Under the pieces are notes generated by a model. The model worked only from the letters and a program-made list of their open reading frames with translations, made no database searches and was not told the origin of the DNA. From NCBI GenBank assembly GCA_023267045.1, contig JAHFOB010000001.1, forward strand, positions 9,593-73,592: 64,000 nt of DNA. The letters run 5' to 3'. This stretch comes from Candidatus Zambryskiibacteriota bacterium. Its GTDB lineage: Bacteria; Patescibacteriota; Minisyncoccia; Phycocordibacterales; DATDWN01. Of the stretch, positions 1 through 8,933 are shown piece by piece; position 1 is the first letter of the stretch; every line of letters begins with the position of its first letter. Both the position numbers and the translations under genes were made by a program.

Positions 1-2
1 TA

Positions 3-650
3 ACATACAAAAACGAAGTTATAAAGTCATCTCGTCAGCAGTTTGCAAGACCACGAGCTCAAGTTGAAAAAGAAATAGTTGATTGGCATGGTCCGAGTGA
101 AACAAAAGAAGCCAAAGCACCGTCGGATTTCAGATCTTCTGAACCGAGGAGATTTCAGGAAACAAGATCAAATGATAACAACGGTAGCAGAAGAGAAGTT
201 CCAAGAGAGCCGAGACAAACGGAAAATTTTCAAAAACCAGATCAGACCAAGCAGGTTTTTATGAAAGCGGCCGAGGAACTTCGTACAAAAGAAAAGTTTC
301 AGACAGAACAAAATAAACTGAAACCACAAGAGACAGTCACTTTACCTCATCAAAGAATTGAGAAAGATAAAAAAACTGTGACAAAAGAGAATATGTCGGA
401 TTTAAAGAGCGCTCTGTCTAGTGTGATAAGTAAACAGCCAAAACCAGAAGTTAAGCCAGAGATTAAACAGGAAGAGAAAAAGACTGAAAAAACGGCAGAG
501 AAAAAGCAAGAATCACATCAAGAAGTTCCAGAAAATGTTCTGAGAGATTTGCTCAAAATGGACCCCGTAGTAGATTCTGGCATTGCTCCAGAGGAGCGGG
601 CAAAGCCCAATGCCAGAATTCACTACAGGGTGGATGATACTAGTAAATGA
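3..650 (+). CDS. 3' part of a gene running in from the window edge; probable VirD4/TraG-like (type IV secretion coupling/HerA-like) ATPase with low-complexity tail
   Basis: Frame 3 is open from base 3 and joins listed ORF 261-650; SRQQFARPRAQVEKEI resembles the C-terminal motif of CPR coupling-protein ATPases (recollection, not searched). Confidence 0.5.
   Translation, partial: TYKNEVIKSSRQQFARPRAQVEKEIVDWHGPSETKEAKAPSDFRSSEPRRFQETRSNDNNGSRREVPREPRQTENFQKPDQTKQVFMKAAEELRTKEKFQTEQNKLKPQETVTLPHQRIEKDKKTVTKENMSDLKSALSSVISKQPKPEVKPEIKQEEKKTEKTAEKKQESHQEVPENVLRDLLKMDPVVDSGIAPEERAKPNARIHYRVDDTSK
563..630. repeat. 68-bp palindromic element (CCCCGTAGTAGA...TCACTACAGGG) inserted in frame, TGGA duplication
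   Basis: Arms ccccgtagtagattctggcattg / caatgccagaattcactacaggg; TGGA at 559-562 and 631-634; 68+4=72 bp. Confidence 0.85.
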
Positions 651-660
651 CCAAATCCCA

Positions 661-1836
661 ATGACCAATGACCAAAGAAGGAGAATTCTGATTTTTTCAA
701 CCGCCTATTATCCTTTCGTCGGAGGAGCAGAAGTAGCAGTCAAAGAAATAACTGACAGATTGGTAGGGAGTTTTGATTTTGACTTGATTACAGCTAGATT
801 TGAAAAAAAACTTCCACCTGTTGAAAAGGTTGGAAATGTTACTGTTTATAGAATAGGTTCTGGAAAGCCAAAACTAGATAAAATATTTCTGCCTTTTAGA
901 GGTGCAGTTTTAGCTTCAAAGTTGAATAAGACACATAATTATTTTTGTTTTTGGGGGATTATGGCCACTTTTGCTAGTGGAGCTGGATATATTTACAACA
1001 TTTTTAGAACCTTGAACGGAAAGAAAAAAATTCCAATGGTTTTAACTTTGCAGGAAGGTGATTCTGAAAATCACCTCCAATACAAATGGCTTGGACTCAT
1101 TTCGCTTTCATGGAAGCTAGCCCTACGACAAACAGATTTGCTTACAGGTATTAGCAATTTTTTATTACATAGAGCTGAGAAAAATGGGTATAAAGGAAAA
1201 TCTTTTCTAATACCAAACGGAGTTGATTTTTCTTTATTTTCTAAAGAAATTTCTGATCAGGATAAATTATCATTAAAAAATCGTCTTGGTAAAAAAGAGG
1301 AAGATATATTTTTGGTCACGGTTGGAAGATTGGTTCATAAAAATGGCGTGGATGATATTATTTCGGCTACTGCATTATTACCAGAAAACATAAGCCTCTT
1401 AGTTATTGGCAAAGGTGACTTGGGTCATAATCTTCAAAAACAAGCTGATAGTTTGGGTCTTGGAAATAGAGTAAAATTTCTCGGTTTTGTTCCTTATTCT
1501 GAATTGCCAAAATACCTCTCGGTTTGTGATATATTCGTTAGGCCGTCGCGTTCAGAGGGCTTCGGTAACTCGTTTATAGAGGCCATGGCAGCCAAAATAC
1601 CGGTTATAGCCACTCCTGTTGGCGGTATTGTAGACTTTATAGATGATAGGGGTACAGGCCTATTTTGCTCCCCAGACAACCCCCAGAGCATAGTATCAGC
1701 TATAAAGGCTATATTGGAGGGCAATAGCCTAAGGGATTCTATGGTCCAGAATGCCTACAATAGGGTTAAGGGGAGCTACACATGGGATAATATAGCTCCA
1801 GAAATGAAGCAGGTTTTCAATCAAATAGAACAATGA
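661..1836 (+). CDS. GT4 family glycosyltransferase
   Basis: PFVGGAE N-terminal motif, PSRSEGFGNSFIEAMA motif; ATG 661 preferred because 583-660 is repeat-derived. Confidence 0.9.
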   Translation: MTNDQRRRILIFSTAYYPFVGGAEVAVKEITDRLVGSFDFDLITARFEKKLPPVEKVGNVTVYRIGSGKPKLDKIFLPFRGAVLASKLNKTHNYFCFWGIMATFASGAGYIYNIFRTLNGKKKIPMVLTLQEGDSENHLQYKWLGLISLSWKLALRQTDLLTGISNFLLHRAEKNGYKGKSFLIPNGVDFSLFSKEISDQDKLSLKNRLGKKEEDIFLVTVGRLVHKNGVDDIISATALLPENISLLVIGKGDLGHNLQKQADSLGLGNRVKFLGFVPYSELPKYLSVCDIFVRPSRSEGFGNSFIEAMAAKIPVIATPVGGIVDFIDDRGTGLFCSPDNPQSIVSAIKAILEGNSLRDSMVQNAYNRVKGSYTWDNIAPEMKQVFNQIEQ

Positions 1837-2840
1837 AGATTCTTATATCTACAGGTATATATCCACCAAAAATTGGAGGTCCAGCAGAATATAGCAAGAA
1901 CTTAAAAAGTCAGTTTATAACATCTGGACACAAGGTTTTTATTGCTACGTATTCTTTGGAAAATTATTTACCGACCGGCTTAAGACATCTTTATTTTTTC
2001 ATAAAAATAATGCCGAAAGTTTTACGTTCGGATTTCGTTTTAATAATGGATACATTTTCAGTTGGTTTGCCGACGGTTTTGGCTTGCAAACTTTTTGGTA
2101 AAAAATCGATCATTCGTACCGGCGGAGATTTTTTGTGGGAGGGGTTCGTTGAAAGAACGGGTAAAAAAGTATTACTTCGTGATTTTTATGAAAAAGAGAT
2201 AAATAATTTTTCTGCAAAAGAAAGAATTATTTTTAGGTTAACCAAATGGACACTTAAAAATACTTCTAAAATTGTTTTTTCAACACAGTGGCAAAGAGAG
2301 ATTTTTAAAAAACCATATGATCTTGAAATGGGACATACAGAAATAATAGAAAATTTCTACGGGTCTAAAGAGGGAGATTTTCAGCCAAAAGAAAAAGATT
2401 TCGTCGCTTCAACACGCAGACTTGTTTGGAAAAATACAGATCTTCTGAAAGAGGTTTTTCAAAAAATTAAGTCTAGAAATAATGAAGTTTCTCTTTTCTC
2501 TGCAAATTTGCCATTTGCAGAATTTATGGAGAAAATTAAAAACTGTTACGCTGTTATACAAGTTTCTTTAGGTGATATCAGTCCTAACATGATACTGGAT
2601 GCTATACGATATAACAGACCTTTCATTTGTACTAAAGAAGTTGGAATATACGATAGGATTGGAGATGTTGGTATTTTTGTTGATCCACTTAACGAAAAGC
2701 AGATAGAAGAGGCCGTCTTGAAATTATTAGATAAAAATGAATATGAAAAGGCTAAAGAAAAAGTAAAACAGTTTTCTTTTGTTCACACATGGCAAAGTAT
2801 TGCTACAGAATTTATGGGTGTTTATAACAAAATAAAATGA
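1833..2840 (+). CDS. GT4-like glycosyltransferase
   Basis: MKILISTGIYPPKIGGPA start, GT-B style C-terminus; ATGA coupling. Confidence 0.85.
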   Translation: MKILISTGIYPPKIGGPAEYSKNLKSQFITSGHKVFIATYSLENYLPTGLRHLYFFIKIMPKVLRSDFVLIMDTFSVGLPTVLACKLFGKKSIIRTGGDFLWEGFVERTGKKVLLRDFYEKEINNFSAKERIIFRLTKWTLKNTSKIVFSTQWQREIFKKPYDLEMGHTEIIENFYGSKEGDFQPKEKDFVASTRRLVWKNTDLLKEVFQKIKSRNNEVSLFSANLPFAEFMEKIKNCYAVIQVSLGDISPNMILDAIRYNRPFICTKEVGIYDRIGDVGIFVDPLNEKQIEEAVLKLLDKNEYEKAKEKVKQFSFVHTWQSIATEFMGVYNKIK

Positions 2841-2841
2841 A

Positions 2842-2941
2842 TCCCGTTAGAGTTTTACTAAATTTGATTAGAGTAATAATTATATTAGAAAATCAGTGTA
2901 TAATAATTGGTATTAGAAAATAATGAAAAACTCTAACGGGA
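2842..2941 (+). mobile_element. 100-bp MITE-like element, copy 1, inserted in start codon
   Basis: 15-bp terminal inverted repeats tcccgttagagtttt/aaaactctaacggga; TGAA duplicated at 2838-2841 and 2942-2945. Confidence 0.85.
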
Positions 2942-4056
2942 TGAAAGTACTTTCTATAAGCACAGACAGAAAATTGTTTGAAGAAGGAAGCGCTGTTTTA
3001 GAGCGTTCAAAAGATTATGCTTCCAAAATGGAGAAATTGCACATAATAGTTTTTTCCTTAAAAAGTCATAATTTAAAATTTAAAGAAGAAGGGAATTTGT
3101 ACATTTATCCAACAAATTCTTTGTCGAGATGGTTTTATGTGATGGATGCAGTGAAAATAGGAAAAAGTATTTTAAATAAAAGTTTTGTTATTTCCACCCA
3201 AGATCCATTTGAGACTGGTTTAGTCGGCTATAAACTTAAGAAAAAGTTTAATCTGCCACTCCAAATCCAAATACACACTGATTTCCTAAGTCCATATTTC
3301 AGAAATTCTTTCTTGAATTATATTCGTGTTTTTATTTCAAAATTTACTATTCCAAAAGCAGATTATGTTCGTGTTGTCAGTTCTTCAGTAGAAGATTCTC
3401 TAAGAAAAATCTCAACAAAAGTGAAAATTCAGATTTTGCCAGTTTTTGTTGATATTCCAAGAATAATGAATTTTCAACCAAAAAAAGATATAAAAAAAGA
3501 TTTTCCTCAATTTAAATTTAGTATTTTTATGGCTTCCCGGTTGACCAAAGAAAAGAGAATAGACACTGCACTCAAGGCTTTTAGAAAAGTAGTCGATGTC
3601 CACACAGAAGCTGGTTTGATTATTTCTGGATCAGGAAAAGAGGAAGGTAATCTAAAAAGTTTGGTAAAATCTCTAGGGCTTACAAAAAATGTTATTTTCA
3701 CTGGTTGGAATGATGGTTTGATTTCATATTATAAAACAGCAGATATTTTTCTACTTACTTCACAGTACGAGGGTTATGGTATGACTCTTGTGGAGGCTGG
3801 AGCATCGGGCTGTCCTATTGTTACGACAAAAGTTGGTCTGGCAAAAACAGATCTTTTTAAAAACGGAGCAAACTCTTTTGTCTGTTCAGTTTGGGATGTA
3901 AATTGTTTATCAGAATCTATTTTAAAACTTATTTCTAATCCCAATTTAAGACTATTGTTCAAAACAAAAATGCAGGATAGTATTAGAAATACAACTATTT
4001 CAAAAGAAGAATATGTGACAAAGTATGTCAGTTTGCTTCAGGATTTATTAAAATAA
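2941..4056 (+). CDS. GT4 family glycosyltransferase (alternative element-derived start at 2923)
   Basis: TSQYEGYGMTLVEAGASG motif. Confidence 0.9.
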   Translation: MKVLSISTDRKLFEEGSAVLERSKDYASKMEKLHIIVFSLKSHNLKFKEEGNLYIYPTNSLSRWFYVMDAVKIGKSILNKSFVISTQDPFETGLVGYKLKKKFNLPLQIQIHTDFLSPYFRNSFLNYIRVFISKFTIPKADYVRVVSSSVEDSLRKISTKVKIQILPVFVDIPRIMNFQPKKDIKKDFPQFKFSIFMASRLTKEKRIDTALKAFRKVVDVHTEAGLIISGSGKEEGNLKSLVKSLGLTKNVIFTGWNDGLISYYKTADIFLLTSQYEGYGMTLVEAGASGCPIVTTKVGLAKTDLFKNGANSFVCSVWDVNCLSESILKLISNPNLRLLFKTKMQDSIRNTTISKEEYVTKYVSLLQDLLK

Positions 4057-4068
4057 CTCTGTAAATAC

Positions 4069-4917
4069 ATGAAAATAGGATTTATTGGAACTGGCTGGAT
4101 CGGTAAAAATTACGCTTTAGATTTCACAGAAAGAGGCTACGATGTTACTTCATACAGTCTTGAACCAGAATACAAAAAAAATAAAGATAAAATTTCAAAA
4201 TGTGATATTGTTTTTATTGCAGTACCAACGCCAACAACGCCAAAAGGCTTTGATGACTCAATAATAAGATCTGTTCTAGGGTTGGTCGGAAAAGGTAAAA
4301 TAGCTGTTTTGAAATCTACAATCGTCCCTGGGAAAACGAAGGAATTACAAAAAAAATTCCCAAACATAACACTCCTTTATTCTCCAGAGTTTTTGTCTGA
4401 AGCTACAGCAAAATTTGACACAAGTAATCCTTTTTCAAGTATTGTCGGGTTTTCAAAAGAAACAAAAATCCAAAAAGAAGCCTGTCAGAAAGTATTATCT
4501 ATTTTACCAAAAGCTCCTTTTTCTCTGGTATCTTCAAGTACAGAGGCAGAGATTATAAAATACACGCACAATACCAGTGGTTTTGTGCAGATCATTTTCT
4601 TTAACATGATCTATGATTTGTCTAGAAAACTTGGTTGCAACTGGAAAACTATCCACAAAGCTATAATAGCTGATCCTTTTATGTCTCATAAATATGCACA
4701 ACCTATTCATAAAAGTGGTCGTGGCGCAGGCGGGCATTGTTTCATAAAAGATTTTGAGGCTTTTCACAGACTCTACGAAAAACTTTTCTCAAATGATAAA
4801 TCCGGTTCAGCTATTTTCAGAGAAAATATAAAAAAGAACATTGAACTTTTGACAAGAACTAAGAAAGACCTGGGGCTTCTGCGCGGTGTTTATGGAGATG
4901 ATATAATTAAAAAATGA
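4069..4917 (+). CDS. UDP-glucose/GDP-mannose dehydrogenase family, short form without C-terminal domain
   Basis: GxGxxG, VPTP, KST, PEFL, GAGGHCFIKD catalytic motif; 282 aa. Confidence 0.85.
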   Translation: MKIGFIGTGWIGKNYALDFTERGYDVTSYSLEPEYKKNKDKISKCDIVFIAVPTPTTPKGFDDSIIRSVLGLVGKGKIAVLKSTIVPGKTKELQKKFPNITLLYSPEFLSEATAKFDTSNPFSSIVGFSKETKIQKEACQKVLSILPKAPFSLVSSSTEAEIIKYTHNTSGFVQIIFFNMIYDLSRKLGCNWKTIHKAIIADPFMSHKYAQPIHKSGRGAGGHCFIKDFEAFHRLYEKLFSNDKSGSAIFRENIKKNIELLTRTKKDLGLLRGVYGDDIIKK

Positions 4918-5333
4918 TAGAGAGAATGATTGAAAGACTAACCAGACATGTTTTCGTGCGGTTTTTTATATCTGGTGGCACTTCTGCTATGGTGGACTTA
5001 GTTTTACTATATATCCTAAACAGCGTCGTCGGTGTTCATTATCTCTTGGCAGCAACTTTGGCTTTTATTGGGGCGTTTGGAGTTAGTTTTACTTTACACA
5101 AATACTGGACATTCAAAAGTCACGCCGAGGAAACTCATAGACAAGTTGTTATGTACCTTTTCGCTTCTCTGCTTTCTCTCGTTCTCAACACGATTTTGAT
5201 TTATGTTTTTGTCGATCGTTTTCATATACAAGTTTTACTCTCACAGATTTTTGTCGGTCTGATTATTGCTAGTTTTAGTTTTTTTCTTTCGCACAAGTTT
5301 GTTTTTAAGTATAAAGGTCAAATCTCACAATGA
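4914..5333 (+). CDS. GtrA family lipid-linked sugar flippase
   Basis: 139 aa, 4 hydrophobic segments, RFFISG and SFTLHKYWTF motifs. Confidence 0.85.
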   Translation: MIERMIERLTRHVFVRFFISGGTSAMVDLVLLYILNSVVGVHYLLAATLAFIGAFGVSFTLHKYWTFKSHAEETHRQVVMYLFASLLSLVLNTILIYVFVDRFHIQVLLSQIFVGLIIASFSFFLSHKFVFKYKGQISQ

Positions 5334-6352
5334 AACTTCTTATATTTACTCAAAAAGTAGACAAAAATGATCCAACTCTAGGCTTTTTCCATACATGGAT
5401 AAAAGAGCTTTCAAAAAAGTCGGATTCTATTGCCGTCGTTTGTCTTGGGAAAGGTCAGTATGATTTGCCTAAAAACGTTACAGTTTATTCACTAGGTAAG
5501 GAAAGTGGTTTATCGAGACTCGGTTATTTGAAAAATCTTTTCCACTATCTTTATTTGATACGAGGTTCATATGACAAAGTTTTTGTTCACATGAACGAAG
5601 AGTACGTTTTACTCTGTGGACTTTATTGGAAGATAAAAAATATTCCAGTTTATTTCTGGCGTAATCATCCTAGGGGTAGTTTGGTCACCAGAGTTTCCGT
5701 TCTACTTTCCAAAAAAGTTTTTTGTACATCAAAAGATTCTTTTACTGCAAGATTTAGGAAAACAGTTATTATGCCAGCCGGCATTGATACAACCATTTTC
5801 AAACCAATAGAGGGTGTCGTTCGCAAGAAATATTCAGTTTGTATGGTCGGTAGAGTTTCTCCGATAAAAAATATTGATCTTGCTCTGCCAGCTATAAGGA
5901 TTTTGGTCTCATGGGGTTTTCAAGTATCACTTTCAATAATTGGTCCTATTCCAAAAAATGATTTGAAATATCTTGATAGTCTGAGGGCGTACGTAAAAAA
6001 TTACAATCTATCAAATTCAATTTCATTTCTTGAGGCAGTTTCTCCGCTAGAGTTAGCAAAAGTATATAGTAGTTACGAGGTAACGCTCAATTTGACTGAT
6101 ACTGGCTCGTTTGATAAAACAATCGTTGAGGCGGCGGCTTGTGGCTCAATACCTCTGGTTTCTAACAAGTCTTTCTCACTTTTACTTCCAGAGGTTTGTA
6201 TAATAGAAAAATCACAAGAAGCCGTATCAGAGGGTATCAAGAGGCTTTTGAGTGCTCACGAACAAATAGAAATCCAAAAAAATTTAGAAACTTTTGTTAA
6301 AGCACAAAGTCTCACGGGGCTGATCGATAAACTTATTGTAGAAATGAACTAA
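5330..6352 (+). CDS. GT4 family glycosyltransferase
   Basis: VGRVSPIKN and SFDKTIVEAAACG motifs. Confidence 0.85.
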   Translation: MKLLIFTQKVDKNDPTLGFFHTWIKELSKKSDSIAVVCLGKGQYDLPKNVTVYSLGKESGLSRLGYLKNLFHYLYLIRGSYDKVFVHMNEEYVLLCGLYWKIKNIPVYFWRNHPRGSLVTRVSVLLSKKVFCTSKDSFTARFRKTVIMPAGIDTTIFKPIEGVVRKKYSVCMVGRVSPIKNIDLALPAIRILVSWGFQVSLSIIGPIPKNDLKYLDSLRAYVKNYNLSNSISFLEAVSPLELAKVYSSYEVTLNLTDTGSFDKTIVEAAACGSIPLVSNKSFSLLLPEVCIIEKSQEAVSEGIKRLLSAHEQIEIQKNLETFVKAQSLTGLIDKLIVEMN

Positions 6353-6358
6353 TATGTA

Positions 6359-6458
6359 TCCCGTTAGAGTTTTACAAGTTTTGAAAATGGTACAATTATA
6401 TTTAATAAATTATGGTATATTTGGTCGGGAGGTATAATAATTAAGAACTCTAACGAGA
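6359..6458 (+). mobile_element. 100-bp MITE-like element, copy 2, inserted in start codon
   Basis: tcccgttagagtt / aactctaacgaga termini; TGTA duplicated at 6355-6358 and 6459-6462. Confidence 0.85.
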
Positions 6459-7177
6459 TGTATAAAAATAAAAAAGTAAGTGTAGTAATATCCACCTATA
6501 ATGAGTCAGCAAGCATTCGTGGTGTTATAGACGATTTTTTTGCTACAGGTCTTGTTGATGAAGTTGTTGTGGTAGACAACAACGCTCTTGGAAATACAAG
6601 AGAGGAAGTTGCTAAGACAAAAGCTCGTCTTATTGTTGAAAAGAAACAGGGATTGGGTTGGGGTTTACGAAAGGGGCTTGAAGAAGTAACAGGAGATTTG
6701 ATTGCAATGGTAGATGCTGATGGATCATATTTTTCAAAGGATATTGAAAAACTTCTTGCATACAGCGATGAGTTCGATGCTGTGCTTGGAACAAGAACTT
6801 CTCGATCTGCGATTTTCTCTGGGGCATTTATGCCCTTTTCTGTACGTATTGCAAATTCAATTTGGGCAAAGTCAGTAGAGTTTTTGTATAACGGACCATT
6901 ACTGAGTGACGTAGGTTGTTTATATAAACTTTTATCGAGAAAGGCACTCAACGAAATAAAGCCATTTTTTCCTATATCTACTGGTGGACCAATTTTTTCT
7001 CTGGAGATTATACTTTGGCTTTTGCGTAAAAAAGTCAAAACTATTGAGGTGCCAGTGATTTTTAAAGAAAGAGTGGGTAAGTCGAGTTATGTTGGTGATA
7101 GCATCTACAAAACGGCAAAATGGGGGTTTAAAATGATACCTTTTATTATAAGAGATAGGTTTATTTCAGTTAGATAA
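6458..7177 (+). CDS. GT2 polyprenol-phosphate glycosyltransferase (DPM1-like)
   Basis: VSVVISTYNE, VVDN, DADG, ERVGKS motifs. Confidence 0.85.
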   Translation: MYKNKKVSVVISTYNESASIRGVIDDFFATGLVDEVVVVDNNALGNTREEVAKTKARLIVEKKQGLGWGLRKGLEEVTGDLIAMVDADGSYFSKDIEKLLAYSDEFDAVLGTRTSRSAIFSGAFMPFSVRIANSIWAKSVEFLYNGPLLSDVGCLYKLLSRKALNEIKPFFPISTGGPIFSLEIILWLLRKKVKTIEVPVIFKERVGKSSYVGDSIYKTAKWGFKMIPFIIRDRFISVR

Positions 7178-7235
7178 TATTTTTATCTAACTTTATCTAA
7201 ATACACAAGTATAGTATATTATTGAAACAACTACA

Positions 7236-8924
7236 GTGGAATCGATTTCTAAAAAAAAAGAATATATTGTTTTTTCGCTGTTCGTGGTACTTTTTGTGGT
7301 TTTACATCTGTGGGGTGTATCAATTCCTTATCATCAAGATGAATACAAATGGGTATTTTATACGCATCCAGAATTCACTTCTTCCAGCAGTATACCGCAT
7401 CCACCCTTAACAGAATTTATTTATACCAAACTTGGACCAATGTTTGGAGATAACAATTTTCGTTTCATTCCGTTTATTTTTGGCTTTATAAATCTGTTTC
7501 TTATATTTTGGCTTGCACAGACTATATTCAAAATTAGAAAAACTACTTTATGGGTTACAGGGCTATTTACGGTTTCATTTTTCTCTCTTCTTGCTACGCT
7601 TATGGTAGACGTAGACGGAGCTATTATGGCTTTTTTCTTTCTTCTACTGTCCATTGGTTATGTTAAAGCAAAAGAAACACAATGGAAAGATTGGAAGTGG
7701 TTCATTTTGATCCTTATTGGTGCAATCGGAGGGTTTTTGGTAAAAGTTAGTGCCATTTTGCCCATTATGGCATTTGCCATAGATTTTGCTATTGAAAAAG
7801 ATATGTTTTCTGACAGGAGAAAGGTTCTCAAGTATTCATTGTATTTTTTCCTTGGGGCAATTTTTCTTTTCTTAGTTTTGTTTTTTTCAAAGTATATTTT
7901 CCCTTTTTTTAATTTGAAATATTCTCTTTCATATTGGGGGCATTTTTTAAACTCCTCAAGTTTTTTGGACAGAGGATGGTTTCAAACATTTATACAGGTC
8001 GTCAAATCTCTCTTATATGCATCTCCTCTTCTTCTTGCTCCACTGTTTTTTATTGATAAAGATATTTGGAAAAAGACCAGAGGATTTTTCATATTTATCT
8101 TTTGTGCAACATTCTTCTACATAGTTATTTTTGATTTCTCCATTGGTGCCCTAGATCGATATTTACAGTTTATGATTATTCCTCTTTGTCTTGTCTCTGG
8201 GGCGATATATTCTAAATATTTAAATGGAAAAATAAACAAAAAATCAATCATCGTAGGTATTACCATATCCATAGGGATTTTTTGTCTACAATTTTTACAC
8301 CATTTTACACCACCCTTATATCCAAAGGCCGAGTGGCTCCACAGACTAGTTTCTTTCAAATGGAACTTTTTATATCCATTTTCTGGAGGATCTGGACCAT
8401 TACCTTTTTATATTTCGTTTGTTTTCATGGCACTTTTTTGGATTGCCTCATTTGTATTAATTATTTTGTTTTTCAAAAAAAGAAATTGGAAAAAAGAAAT
8501 ACTTATTTGTGTTTTTATCTTCGGTTTCGTATATAACGCAGTTTTTATTGAAGAATATTTGTTTGGCAAGATAAATGGTAGTGCTAGAAAATTGGTTGCG
8601 GATAGTGTTGAATTTATTAAAAACGACAATAACATTGACGCAAATAAAAAAGTTGTGGTTTACAATGACAATGGGGGTTTTAATGTTCAGCAAACAGGTA
8701 AGTACAGAAAGCGTCTATACATAGATCCGAAGTTTGGAGTAGAGTCAAAAATGGATAGCCTTAACTATTACAAAGAATTTTATATGGTGGTGGATATTCC
8801 TCACATCGACCAGAATAGTTTTTACGCTAAATATTTCAATTCTTGTAGTTCAGTTTTTACTGAAAGCTCTGGTGTTATTTTGGTTCATGTTTATGATTGT
8901 AGAAAAGCCCCAGATATAAAATAA
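7236..8924 (+). CDS. Multi-pass membrane GT-C type glycosyltransferase (ArnT/PMT-like)
   Basis: First TM followed by QDE, HPPL motif, many TM segments; GTG start. Confidence 0.7.
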   Translation: MESISKKKEYIVFSLFVVLFVVLHLWGVSIPYHQDEYKWVFYTHPEFTSSSSIPHPPLTEFIYTKLGPMFGDNNFRFIPFIFGFINLFLIFWLAQTIFKIRKTTLWVTGLFTVSFFSLLATLMVDVDGAIMAFFFLLLSIGYVKAKETQWKDWKWFILILIGAIGGFLVKVSAILPIMAFAIDFAIEKDMFSDRRKVLKYSLYFFLGAIFLFLVLFFSKYIFPFFNLKYSLSYWGHFLNSSSFLDRGWFQTFIQVVKSLLYASPLLLAPLFFIDKDIWKKTRGFFIFIFCATFFYIVIFDFSIGALDRYLQFMIIPLCLVSGAIYSKYLNGKINKKSIIVGITISIGIFCLQFLHHFTPPLYPKAEWLHRLVSFKWNFLYPFSGGSGPLPFYISFVFMALFWIASFVLIILFFKKRNWKKEILICVFIFGFVYNAVFIEEYLFGKINGSARKLVADSVEFIKNDNNIDANKKVVVYNDNGGFNVQQTGKYRKRLYIDPKFGVESKMDSLNYYKEFYMVVDIPHIDQNSFYAKYFNSCSSVFTESSGVILVHVYDCRKAPDIK

Positions 8925-8933
8925 TGTAATTAT

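Noticed and set aside
583-660. N-terminal extension of the first GT4 in the ORF track
   Set aside because: Derived from the palindromic element and overlaps the upstream gene
2842-2941. 100-bp elements as Bacteroides-type invertible promoters
   Set aside because: Not excluded but disfavoured: site-specific 4-bp duplications, identical orientation in all copies and presence at valS fit insertion better
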